Of a DNA stretch of 64,000 bases, positions 30,245 through 38,652 are shown in pieces. The notes under the pieces were generated by a model, which ran no database searches, had not been told where the DNA came from, and saw only the letters and a list, made by a program, of their open reading frames with translations. Position numbers and translations under genes: made by a program. The DNA is from Phycisphaerales bacterium (GTDB lineage Bacteria > Planctomycetota > Phycisphaerae > UBA1845), in assembly GCA_020639115.1 (NCBI GenBank), contig JACKHG010000011.1, positions 17,364 to 81,363 of the forward strand, written 5' to 3'. The stretch's first letter is position 1, and the number at the start of each line of letters is the position of its first letter.

Positions 30245-33200
30245 TCAGTGCCGAGCGACTGCGCCACGAAGCGGAACGTCCAGGGCGCCGGCGGCACGAA
30301 GCTCATCGACGGTGATCAGCCGCGGGCTATCCGCATCAAGGGCGTCGCTGGCGATCGCTTCAAGCACGGAATTCAAGTAGGGGTCCTGCACAAATCTTCT
30401 CCAGGAGTTTCGCCTGCGCCGGCTCCAACTCGACCAGCATCGCCAACACGTGCAGCACGTTCAGCAACTCGGTCGTGTACTCCGCCAGCCAGTGATCGGG
30501 CTGAATCTCGCCGAGTTTCGACGGCGGCCGGCGGTCGCCGATGATCGGCCGCTCGCGATTCTTCTTACGATAGCTGAACCACTGCGTCAACACGTGCTTT
30601 CCGGAGACTTCGTAACGCCAGACCTCGGGCGGCACTTTGTCGACAAAGCCGGTTCCGACCAACAGACGGCGTTTCGTTGTCGTAATCGATCTCGTCGGCA
30701 TGGCCTCAGGATCATCCGGGATCGCACCTTGTTCCTGGGATGCGGGCGTCCTCGGCACCGGGGCGGCCTGCCGGGCGGTTCCTGCCTTGACGTCGGCAAA
30801 GCGTTCGCCGAACGTGTGCAGCCAGATGACCCGCCGGCCCAACTCGACGGCCTGCGCGAACAGCTTCGGGCGCGCGGTCAGCGGAATGCGCAAGCCCGGC
30901 TGCGCCAGGTCCTTTTGAAATCGCGCCGTGTATGCCGGGTTGGCAGCCACGGCGCTAGCAGGCCAGGAAGTCTTCTGGCATTGGGGTCGTCTTGAGTTTC
31001 TCGCCAGAAATCCCAATAGTCGGCAGGTTTGGCGTCACTGCGGCGGCATCACGCCAAAGAGGAAATACCCGCCTCCAAAGGACCTTTGTAATGGTGCAGG
31101 TCCGGGATCAGTCCGGAAAACGTGATCGCTGGTCCTGAGGCTGAGAATGCGCCATCAATGCGTAAGGTACACCTGATTGTCTGAATATGATCGCCAGAGG
31201 TCAGCGTTGGGCTGAGTAATGACGCGTGGATCAGGATGATCCACTGCCGGGATTGAACGACCGCCAGTGCTGCATCTCACTGAGTCGGGCACGGGCCTTT
31301 CGTCGAGATCGGAAGGCTGCGTAACTCGCAGCCTGGCAATGGATTCGAACAACCGACCGAATGCCGATCGGCGGGCTTCCCACGCGCAGAGTCGCACGAA
31401 AGAGCTCTTCCTTCTTTCTGCTGGGCGCGTGAATCAACTTTTCCCAACGGCTTTCGACTCGGCATCCGGTGCAATTATCTATACTCGCTTAGGGTTGTAC
31501 GCTTGCCGCCGTTGTAGGCGAAATGGTTATCCAAGGTAGGATAGACGCCCAGTCGCCAGTCGCCGCTGTGAAGAAACGGCGCGCTAATCCGGCAGCATTC
31601 TTGCCAGACTTTTGATCGAAGTTTGAGCTTGGCGAGGGCGGCGAATTTCCTCTCGCGCTTGCCGTCCGGCAGGACGGTGTATTTCACGATCGCCGGATTG
31701 TCAGGTGCCTTGTGCTTCGATCGCGCCGCCAGCACGATGCACACCGGCTGCTGCACGCCCTGGAAGATGCGCGTCGGAACATCGGGCTGATGGCCTTCCG
31801 GCGTGCAGTCGATCACCCAGATGCGGTCGCACTTGCGGCGGAGATCGTCGCGCATCCGCTGAAAGCCGGGTCCATTGAGGAAACCCGCGACGGTGATAAA
31901 GCACACGATCCCGGTATTGTGCTGCGGATCGTGATCGAACACCTTCCACGTGGCCCAACGCCAGAAGTAGACGTACAGGTTGCGGAGGTGTTTGGCATGC
32001 GCGCCCACGCCCCAGTCGGCCGGGGGTATCCAGCCGCTCAGCAGCGGGACCTTGGCGACTTCGTCGGTTCCTTCTTCGATCCACCCGCCGCGCCCTTTGG
32101 CTTTTTCCTTGTAGGGCGGGTTGCCGATCACGACGGTGATTCGTTCCTTGCTCTTGATCTTGTTCGCCTGCAAACGCGATTGGGAAATGGTGCGGTACAA
32201 CGAGCCCAGTTCCTCGACCTCCGCGTACGGGTTTCCCAATGTGTCCGTGACGAACATACGCGGGACGGCGCGCGGAGGATTACCGATCTGCGCCATCAGC
32301 TCGGCGTGACACACGGAGCTGAGCGACCGCGAACGGCCCGAGTTGTGCATTCAAACGCGCGATCACCCGATTGATTGCCGACCGATCGCTTGCGGTACCG
32401 CGCCTTCGCCCTGGTCGGCCTCCACGTCGGCGGCAATACGACGAAGAATACCCAGGATGAATGTTCCCGTGCCCACGGCCGGGTCGGCCAGCGTGACGTC
32501 CGGCGAGGCGAGTCCGGCGCTGCGATCGAAGTGGGTGCGGAGTACGTCGTCCACCAGTCGAATCATCGGCTCGACGACTTCCGGAGGCGTGTAGTATGAG
32601 CCGGTGAGCTTGCGCAGCGCGTTGTCGTAGACCGCCAGAAAGTCCTCGTAGAAGTAAAGCCACGCGTCGGCCTTGCCCTTGGCGATTGCGTGCCAATCCA
32701 CGGCGTCGAGCACGCGGACGAGTGTGCCGAGCGATGTTCAATGTCGTTTGGCTGTCAACTTCTGTCCGTCAACAGCCGTAAGGTCGCGCGATAAGCAACC
32801 TGTCTTCCCCAGTTGCTTGGCAACCCTGTTCAACCTGTCGGCTAATCGGATGTTGCTCGAACGGGCCATGAGCAGGCCGAAGGCAGACGGCTTTACAACC
32901 GTCGGCAAACGGCGCGTCGCCTTCGCCTCCGGGAACAGGAGCTTGCGCCAATCTGCGGCCAACGCGGTCAGGCCGGGCCTTCCCCAGTTGCTCCGCGGAC
33001 CTCGTCGCAACAGGCGGCACAGCCAGCAGCCACCGCGCCAATTCCTGAGCGGACTTCGGCGAACGGTTGCCACAGCGAAGGAAAGTGTCGAACAGCCGAA
33101 TGGAGCTCGGGAGGCGAAGCGAGCTTCGCCCCGGAGGTCTGAATGTCGCCCTGCAGCTCGACGATCGAACTGACGAGTTCTACCATTATGCCCAGACTGA

Positions 33201-33562
33201 ACGAGTTGCCGTCGGTGTACAGCAGGTTCGGCAGCGACTGAGTTTCTCCCACTGCTCCCGGTCATGCCCCCTGTAGCGGTGGGGATCGCTGCCCTTGCTC
33301 AGCTTTGACCTCTACGAACCCGACCAGCACTCTGCGCAACGTAATCGCGCGTAGTCCGGCCGCGCCTTGAGGCGGCGAGTGACGATTCTCCGACAGCCGT
33401 GAGCGAACCGGCCTTGAAACCGCAGATTTCCGCAAGGTCGTCGAAGAGCGCTTCCAGCGGAGCACGAAGCTGGTCCTCGGGTTCGCCCGTGGCGCTGGGG
33501 TTGGCGAGCTTCGCCTTGGCGCTGACCCCGAATCGCGCAATCGCGTCTTTCAGTTTCGACAT
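30245..33562 (-). pseudogene. Large fused N6-adenine DNA methyltransferase / restriction-modification (type IIG/ISP/YeeA-like) gene, fragmented by many frame changes
   Basis: ATG at 33562 (MSKLKDAIARFGVSAKAKLANPSATGEPEDQLRAPLEALF). Collinear fragments lie in different frames: VLVGFVEVKA; LPNLLYTDGNSFSL; LTALAADWRKLLFPEA...FGLLMARS; TGSYYTPPEVV...DPAVGTGTFIL (SAM motif I); VVIGNPPYKEK (catalytic NPPY); RNLYVYFWRWATWKVF; RSF-RQWII-DPRVITQPNADLW; VWRYEVSGKHVLTQWFSYRKKNR (C-terminal specificity-domain motif). The probable true stop is at 30245. Confidence 0.8.
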
Positions 33563-33937
33563 ATTGCCTTTAGCCAATCGTCGGTCCGATGCCACGCCAC
33601 CCGCGGGTGCCTGCGGGTCGTGAATTATCGCCCGCGCAGCAGCAATGGCAAGGATCAGGAATGACCAGGCGATGTCACCCTGCGCTGATTGGGAGAACTC
33701 GACTCCACTCCGATGCACGCAGCCGACTATACGACGTGCCTCGGGAATGTCTCTATTGCAGAACCGATGACCGTCGTTCGGGATCCGGCATCAGCAGAAC
33801 CTCCGAGGGTCGTGCATTATACGACGGGCGGTTGGTCTGGCGGGACGCCTGTGACGGGGCCAGAACGAGTTCTGATGCCCGGCTGTGCGGCGACTGAGTG
33901 CTCTTCCTCTCCGAGTAGATCGCCGTGACGTAGGGAT

Positions 33938-33966
33938 TTGACTTGTACGGCAATATGCCGTATCCT
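33938..33966 (+). promoter_or_regulatory. Sigma-70-type promoter (TTGACT-17 nt-TATCCT) with an embedded 7-3-7 palindrome (tacggca-ata-tgccgta, 33946-33962). Likely the antitoxin operator.
   Basis: The -35 box is 33938-33943 and the -10 box is 33961-33966. GGTGGAG RBS is at 33971-33977 and the ATG is at 33986. Confidence 0.6.
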
Positions 33967-33985
33967 AATGGGTGGAGTCACGAAA

Positions 33986-34258
33986 ATGGCAGCTGAAACT
34001 ACGAAAATCACGATACGCCAGCCGGTCGCGATCAAGCGGAAGGTCGAACAGGCCGCAGCGAAACGCGGCATGACCGTCACCAGCTTCATCAACGCCGTCC
34101 TCGAACGAGCGGCTGACCGGACGCTGTCCCGCGTCCGGCGCCGCGAGCTGACCGAACGCGATCAGCACGCCCTGCTCGCGCTGCTCGCCAACCCGACCGG
34201 CCCCAACGACGCACTGCGTGACGCCGCCGAACGTTATCGGAAGCAGTTTCTTGACTGA
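33986..34258 (+). CDS. DUF1778 (TacA-like, ribbon-helix-helix) antitoxin
   Basis: This is the in-frame part of track ORF 33938..34258, starting at the ATG at 33986 (MAAETTKITIRQPVAIKRKVEQAAAKRGMTVTSFI...). C-terminal LTERDQHALLALLANPTGPNDAL is typical of the family. Confidence 0.8.
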   Translation: MAAETTKITIRQPVAIKRKVEQAAAKRGMTVTSFINAVLERAADRTLSRVRRRELTERDQHALLALLANPTGPNDALRDAAERYRKQFLD

Positions 34259-34790
34259 TTTCGAACGCGGAATCGAACGCCTCGTCTTCGAGCACTTCGA
34301 CGCACATCGCCATCAACGCACCCTGTTCGACTGCGGCCGACCGAAACTCAACGAATACCTGCAGAAGCGACTCAACCAGCACATGCGCAAGGGTATCGCG
34401 GTCGGCTACGTTCTGGCCGATCCAGAAGGGCGCATCGCGGGCTACGTGACGCATTCCGCAGGCCGCCTGCCGATCACCGTTATTCCATCGGGCAAGGGCT
34501 ATCCTCCTGATCTGCCGTTGCCGACGACGCTGATCGGCCGCATGGCGGTGGACCGCCGTTTCCAGGGGCGGGGACTCGGCGCCGCACTCCTCGTGCACGC
34601 CCTGCGCATGGCCGTGCAGACGACCGAACTGGTGGCGTCCACGGTCATCGAGGTCGACGCGCTCGACGACGCCGCGCGGTCGTTCTACCTGCGCTACGGC
34701 TTTTGCGAATTACCTGACGACGCCAGACACTTGTATCTTCCCATGGCGGACGCCCGAACACTGATAACGGAAATCCTCGACGGCAAATAG
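34218..34790 (+). CDS. GNAT-family acetyltransferase toxin (TacT-like)
   Basis: Overlaps the antitoxin 3' end. The start is GTG at 34218 or TTG at 34251. Family strings present: FDCGRPKLNEYL, LIGRMAVDRRFQGRGLGAALL (acetyl-CoA loop), ARSFYLRYGF. Confidence 0.8.
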   Translation: MTPPNVIGSSFLTDFERGIERLVFEHFDAHRHQRTLFDCGRPKLNEYLQKRLNQHMRKGIAVGYVLADPEGRIAGYVTHSAGRLPITVIPSGKGYPPDLPLPTTLIGRMAVDRRFQGRGLGAALLVHALRMAVQTTELVASTVIEVDALDDAARSFYLRYGFCELPDDARHLYLPMADARTLITEILDGK

Positions 34791-34896
34791 CCTGGCCGAG
34801 GCGCTGCATTGCGGGCCGGGTATCATGAGTGGCATGGGGCGTACAGTCCGCGCCCCCCGTCGGATCGAATCGATACTTCACGCGGGAGGTGCCGCT

Positions 34897-35985
34897 ATGA
34901 ACAATGCGCTGCTGGCTATCGCGTCGGTTGTTGCAGGCCTGCTGGGGGCGGGCACGGAGGAGGCGCGGTCGCAGATCAAGTCCGACGAGGAAATCATCTT
35001 CTTTCCGACGCTGGCGGTGCCGGCGGCTGACGGCGACACCTGGGAATTACCGATCCACGGTTGGATCTTCGAACGCGAGTGGGAAAACAAGCTGGTTTTG
35101 CGCTGGGCCGCGCAGCAGGGCGTGGGCGAGGATGCGCTCACGCCGGAGCAAGCGCGGACCCTGCAGGAACGGGCGCGCTGGTTCGTGCTCGACAGCGAAC
35201 GCAGCAAGGACATCCAGGTGCGCATCGCGGGTAAGGTCGCAGCCGTCGGCACGTCGGAGGAGGACGGACATTTCCAGAGTGTCGTGCAACTGACGGCGGA
35301 GGAACTCGCGCAGGCGGTGCAAACGCGGGGGGCGCTCAGGGTCGTTCCCTTCCGCGCGATCATGCGGGAGGGCGACGAGCGCGAATTCAGCGGCCAAGTC
35401 GTGATCGTCCAGCCCGCGGGGCTCTCGATCGTGTCGGACATCGACGACACGATCAAGATCACCGAGGTGCACGATCGCGACAAGCTCATCGAAAACACGT
35501 TCTTTGAGCCGATGGAGGCGGTGCCGGGCATGGCGGCGTTCTACCGGGCACTCGCGGCGCGCAGCCCCCATCCGGATTTTCACTATGTCTCCGCGAGTCC
35601 GTGGCAGCTCTATCAGCCACTACAGAAATTCCTCGACGACAGCGGTTTTCCGGCGGGCAGCGTGCACCTGCGCCGCCTCGGGATCAGCCTGGCCAACGCC
35701 CTGGACGGGTTCGTCGTACCCGACGACTACAAGGAACAGCGCATCGCTGAGATCATCGGAGCGTTTCCCGAGCGGCAGTTCATGCTGATCGGCGACGCGA
35801 GCGAACGCGACCCGGAGGCGTACGCCGCGCTGGCGAAACGCTTTCCCCGCCAGGTCGTGAAGATCATGATCCGGGCCACACCGGGCAACCCGCCCGACAG
35901 CCCGCGTTTCGAGGAGGTCTTCGCCAATCTACCGAACGAGCGCTGGCAGGTCTACGCGGAGGCGCCGAACGCCCTGGTCGAGTGA
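34897..35985 (+). CDS. App1-family (DUF2183) phosphatidate phosphatase-like protein, secreted
   Basis: ATG at 34897 lies behind GGGAGG. It has a signal peptide and the catalytic-type motif SDIDDTIKIT. A later GDASERDPE string is present. Confidence 0.7.
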   Translation: MNNALLAIASVVAGLLGAGTEEARSQIKSDEEIIFFPTLAVPAADGDTWELPIHGWIFEREWENKLVLRWAAQQGVGEDALTPEQARTLQERARWFVLDSERSKDIQVRIAGKVAAVGTSEEDGHFQSVVQLTAEELAQAVQTRGALRVVPFRAIMREGDEREFSGQVVIVQPAGLSIVSDIDDTIKITEVHDRDKLIENTFFEPMEAVPGMAAFYRALAARSPHPDFHYVSASPWQLYQPLQKFLDDSGFPAGSVHLRRLGISLANALDGFVVPDDYKEQRIAEIIGAFPERQFMLIGDASERDPEAYAALAKRFPRQVVKIMIRATPGNPPDSPRFEEVFANLPNERWQVYAEAPNALVE

Positions 35986-36000
35986 CCGCTCGGATGCGGA

Positions 36001-36825
36001 TCACTCGCGGGCGAGCGCGACCTTGCCGAAGGGCGTGCCGAGTTCGCCGCGCAGGCGCAGTTGCACTTCCGCGGCGCCCGGTGACGTGACGACGCTGGCG
36101 ATCGCGTCGACGCCCGCGACCTCAGCCACGAGTTCGATGTGGCTCTTGGAATGGGCCCTGAGCCCGTCGGGGGCGTCCACCTTGACATCGGCCACCCGCG
36201 CTCCGGCGATGGTGAGCTCGAAGCGCAGGTCGCTCACACCGACTGCGAAGACGTTGGGATTCTCTAAATCGGCTCCGACGGTCACGTGCACGCCGCCGAA
36301 GCCGACGCTGCCCTGCTTGAGCCCGGTGACTTCGATGGACGGCATCTGCAGGACGGGCAACTCGCCGTCGTGGCTGAAGGGCGCCTCCACCGACACGCCG
36401 GCGGCCTCGAGGGCCAGGGCCCCGCTGATGCGATAGGGAATTTCATCTGCGTCCTGGCCGTCGCGGATGAGCGCCAGCACCTCGGTGTATTCGAACCGCG
36501 CCGGCAGCGGGACGATACCGCGGCTGCGACTCGCCACGGCGATCGGCGGCACGTCATCGGCGCGGGCGATCTCGGAGTTGCCGACCTCGATGGCGTAGTG
36601 GCCGCCGGGGGCGCGGAGCTGGATGGGCAGCGGATTCTTCACGGCGATGTCGAAGGTGACGTCCACGCCGCGCCAGTCGATCCCGGTGATGCGCGGCGTG
36701 ACCGAGTCGATCCGCGGCTTGGCTTCGGCGCAACCCGCCAGCATGCCGGCGAGCGAGCAGCCCATCACTCCGCAGATGCAAACAGCTTTCAGTCCCAGGA
36801 TGCGGTCGACTGTCGAGCGAGGCAT
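36001..36825 (-). CDS. Lipoprotein with tandem LEA-2/WHy-like (NDR1/HIN1-type) domains
   Basis: ATG at 36825. Lipobox-like LAGC. Two repeats of the V.V.NPxxx pattern (IAVKNPLPIQL, ADLENPNVFAV). Confidence 0.5.
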   Translation of the reverse strand: MPRSTVDRILGLKAVCICGVMGCSLAGMLAGCAEAKPRIDSVTPRITGIDWRGVDVTFDIAVKNPLPIQLRAPGGHYAIEVGNSEIARADDVPPIAVASRSRGIVPLPARFEYTEVLALIRDGQDADEIPYRISGALALEAAGVSVEAPFSHDGELPVLQMPSIEVTGLKQGSVGFGGVHVTVGADLENPNVFAVGVSDLRFELTIAGARVADVKVDAPDGLRAHSKSHIELVAEVAGVDAIASVVTSPGAAEVQLRLRGELGTPFGKVALARE

Positions 36826-36989
36826 GCGTGTCCCTTTCTCTACGGCGCAGCCCACCGCCGCGCGGGCCGGCATTGTAGCAGCGGCGCCGGCACGCGCAGA
36901 AATAAAGACGCCTGATCCCTCGTCGGGGCCGGGCGCCGGAGGAATTCTCAACGGTTGGAGCGAGGCAACGGCCTTGCGGCAGGCGCCGG

Positions 36990-37610
36990 CTATTCCGGCG
37001 GTCGAAACTCCACACAGGAGCAATTCTCGTCCACGCTCGGCTGGCTGGCTGGGCAGCACCCCCACCCGGTGTCATCGATCTCGCAACCCGCGGGCAGTTG
37101 CACGAGGACGTAGTTGTCCGGGCAGGTGAGCGGTGGCGGTGTAGGCTGAGGCGTCGGCGTTGGCCCGTTGTCGTCGGGCAGTTCCGCGACGCAGAAGCAA
37201 TCCGCGGTCACGAGCGGAAAACCATCCGGGCAGCAGCCCAGGCCGCTGCCATCGACGTCGCAGTCACCAAAGGTGGCGACCATGGTCTCGTCCGCAGCGC
37301 AGGTCAGCGTTCCGCCGGAGTCATCGCGGCCGTCCACGCTATCCCCCGGCGTCGCGGTCGGCGTGGGCGTGGGGGTCGGGCTCGCGTTGGGATCGTCGGT
37401 GGGAGCGGGCGTCGGCGTTGCACCTGGCGTCGGCGTCTGGCCCGGCACTGGGGTCGGACTCGCAGTCGGCGTTGGCGACCCGTCGGGCGTCGCGGAGGGC
37501 GAGGGCGTGGGCGTCGGGTCGCCGGTCCCGCTGGACGTGCAGGCCAGCGCGAGACCGATGCCCGCTACGCAGATACACGAAAACAGGGTGAGTCGTTTCA
37601 TGGATGCCAT
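36990..37610 (-). CDS. Lipoprotein with a Pro/Thr-rich linker and two Cys-rich GCCP modules
   Basis: Signal and lipobox (LALAC). About 80 aa of PT repeats, then DCDVDGSGLGCCPDGFPLVTADCFCV and GCEIDDTGWGCCPASQPSVDENCSCV. Confidence 0.65.
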   Translation of the reverse strand: MASMKRLTLFSCICVAGIGLALACTSSGTGDPTPTPSPSATPDGSPTPTASPTPVPGQTPTPGATPTPAPTDDPNASPTPTPTPTATPGDSVDGRDDSGGTLTCAADETMVATFGDCDVDGSGLGCCPDGFPLVTADCFCVAELPDDNGPTPTPQPTPPPLTCPDNYVLVQLPAGCEIDDTGWGCCPASQPSVDENCSCVEFRPPE

Positions 37611-38024
37611 CCCCCCGGGAAGATTGGTGCGAATCAAGGCTGCAGCCCGCGTTGGACGCGGGTCTGATCCTCCGGTCGGCCATTGTATGGCGTGTTGGCG
37701 GATGGTTTCCAGCCGGGCGGCGATGGCTCCGAAACCTCTTCTCGTTCGCGCGTGGTTATGGGTCCGGATGATATGGCGCGGTGTCGAGGGGCCGGTAAAA
37801 ACGAAGCGACCCCGCTGCGGCCAGGGTCAGGGGGAAGGGTGTGTGGTGGTCAAGCCGCAGCGGGTCGCTCCTCAGTGTTGTCGTCTCGGGGCGAGAGACG
37901 GCAGTTTGTGGTGCCCGCCGGCACCACGGGTTGGAGGAGGCGGGTTATGAAGTTTTTGCGGGCACCGGTTGGGGTCGGCTCCGCCCCGCGGGCGGTTTCC
38001 GGCTTTGCATTGCCGGTGCCATTG

Positions 38025-38052
38025 CTACTAACCATACTAGCGACTTTAGTAG
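38025..38052. promoter_or_regulatory. AT-rich inverted repeat ctactaa-N14-ttagtag. Candidate BlaI-family operator, distal site.
   Basis: Perfect 7-nt arms. It contains tactaaccat, whose reverse complement recurs at 38147-38156. Confidence 0.45.
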
Positions 38053-38139
38053 GCGAGTCAACTTGCCCGTCCAGGAAAATGGCGATTATTTCTGCGCGCC
38101 CCGGGCTGCTGGGTGGTTGAACCGGCCCTGCGCAGTCGA

Positions 38140-38156
38140 TACTATCATGGTTAGTA
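38140..38156. promoter_or_regulatory. Inverted repeat tacta-N7-tagta, 25 nt upstream of the repressor gene start. Candidate BlaI-family operator, proximal site.
   Basis: Its style resembles the TACA/TGTA-type operators of BlaI/MecI/CopY repressors. These are the only AT-rich patches in this spacer. Confidence 0.45.
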
Positions 38157-38180
38157 ACCCACATTCACAGGAGCCGTCCA

Positions 38181-38585
38181 GTGCGAAAACTACCTCGATC
38201 ATTGACTCCCCTGGAGGCCATGATCATGGATGTCGTCTGGAACCGGGGTGCCGTCACCGTCCGCCAAGTGCAGGATGCGCTTCAACCGGACCGCGAATTG
38301 GCCTACACTTCCGTGCTCACTATGATGCAGGTTCTTGAGCGCAAAGGATTTGTGGGCGCACGCCGGGTCGGACGGGCCAACGTCTACGAGGCGACGGTCA
38401 GCCGTGATCGATTCGGCATGCGCAGCGTCATGGACGTCGTGAATTCGTTTTTTGCAGGCTCGGTCCCGGCGATGGTCTCGCAGTTCGTCGACACCGAACG
38501 CCTGTCCGAGAAGGACCTGCTGAAGCTGCAGGCCCTGGTGGAGGACGCGGTTGCCCGGCGGAACGGCGACGTAGCGCCGGAATGA
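38181..38585 (+). CDS. BlaI/MecI/CopY-family transcriptional repressor
   Basis: GTG at 38181 lies behind CAGGAG. The winged-helix N-terminus is typical of the family (LTPLEAMIMDVVWNRGAVTVRQV...YTSVLTMMQVLERKG). Confidence 0.85.
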   Translation: MRKLPRSLTPLEAMIMDVVWNRGAVTVRQVQDALQPDRELAYTSVLTMMQVLERKGFVGARRVGRANVYEATVSRDRFGMRSVMDVVNSFFAGSVPAMVSQFVDTERLSEKDLLKLQALVEDAVARRNGDVAPE

Positions 38586-38652
38586 GCGGCGTCGGATCCG
38601 TCGAAACAGGGAAATATCAACCGCGCTGTAACCCGACAACCGGCGGGTGGCC

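Noticed and set aside
31338-31400. tRNA-like 3' end on the minus strand (ggttgttcgaatccattgcca) that might mark an island integration site
   Set aside because: No complementary acceptor 5' strand or cloverleaf can be drawn, and the T-stem pairs poorly. The segment lies inside the coding sequence of the R-M pseudogene.
30110-34897. Integrative mobile element (prophage, ICE or IS) carrying the R-M/TA islet
   Set aside because: I found no integrase, transposase or recombinase ORF, no terminal inverted repeats and no flanking direct repeats by eye. Only the lower GC and the gene content suggest horizontal origin.
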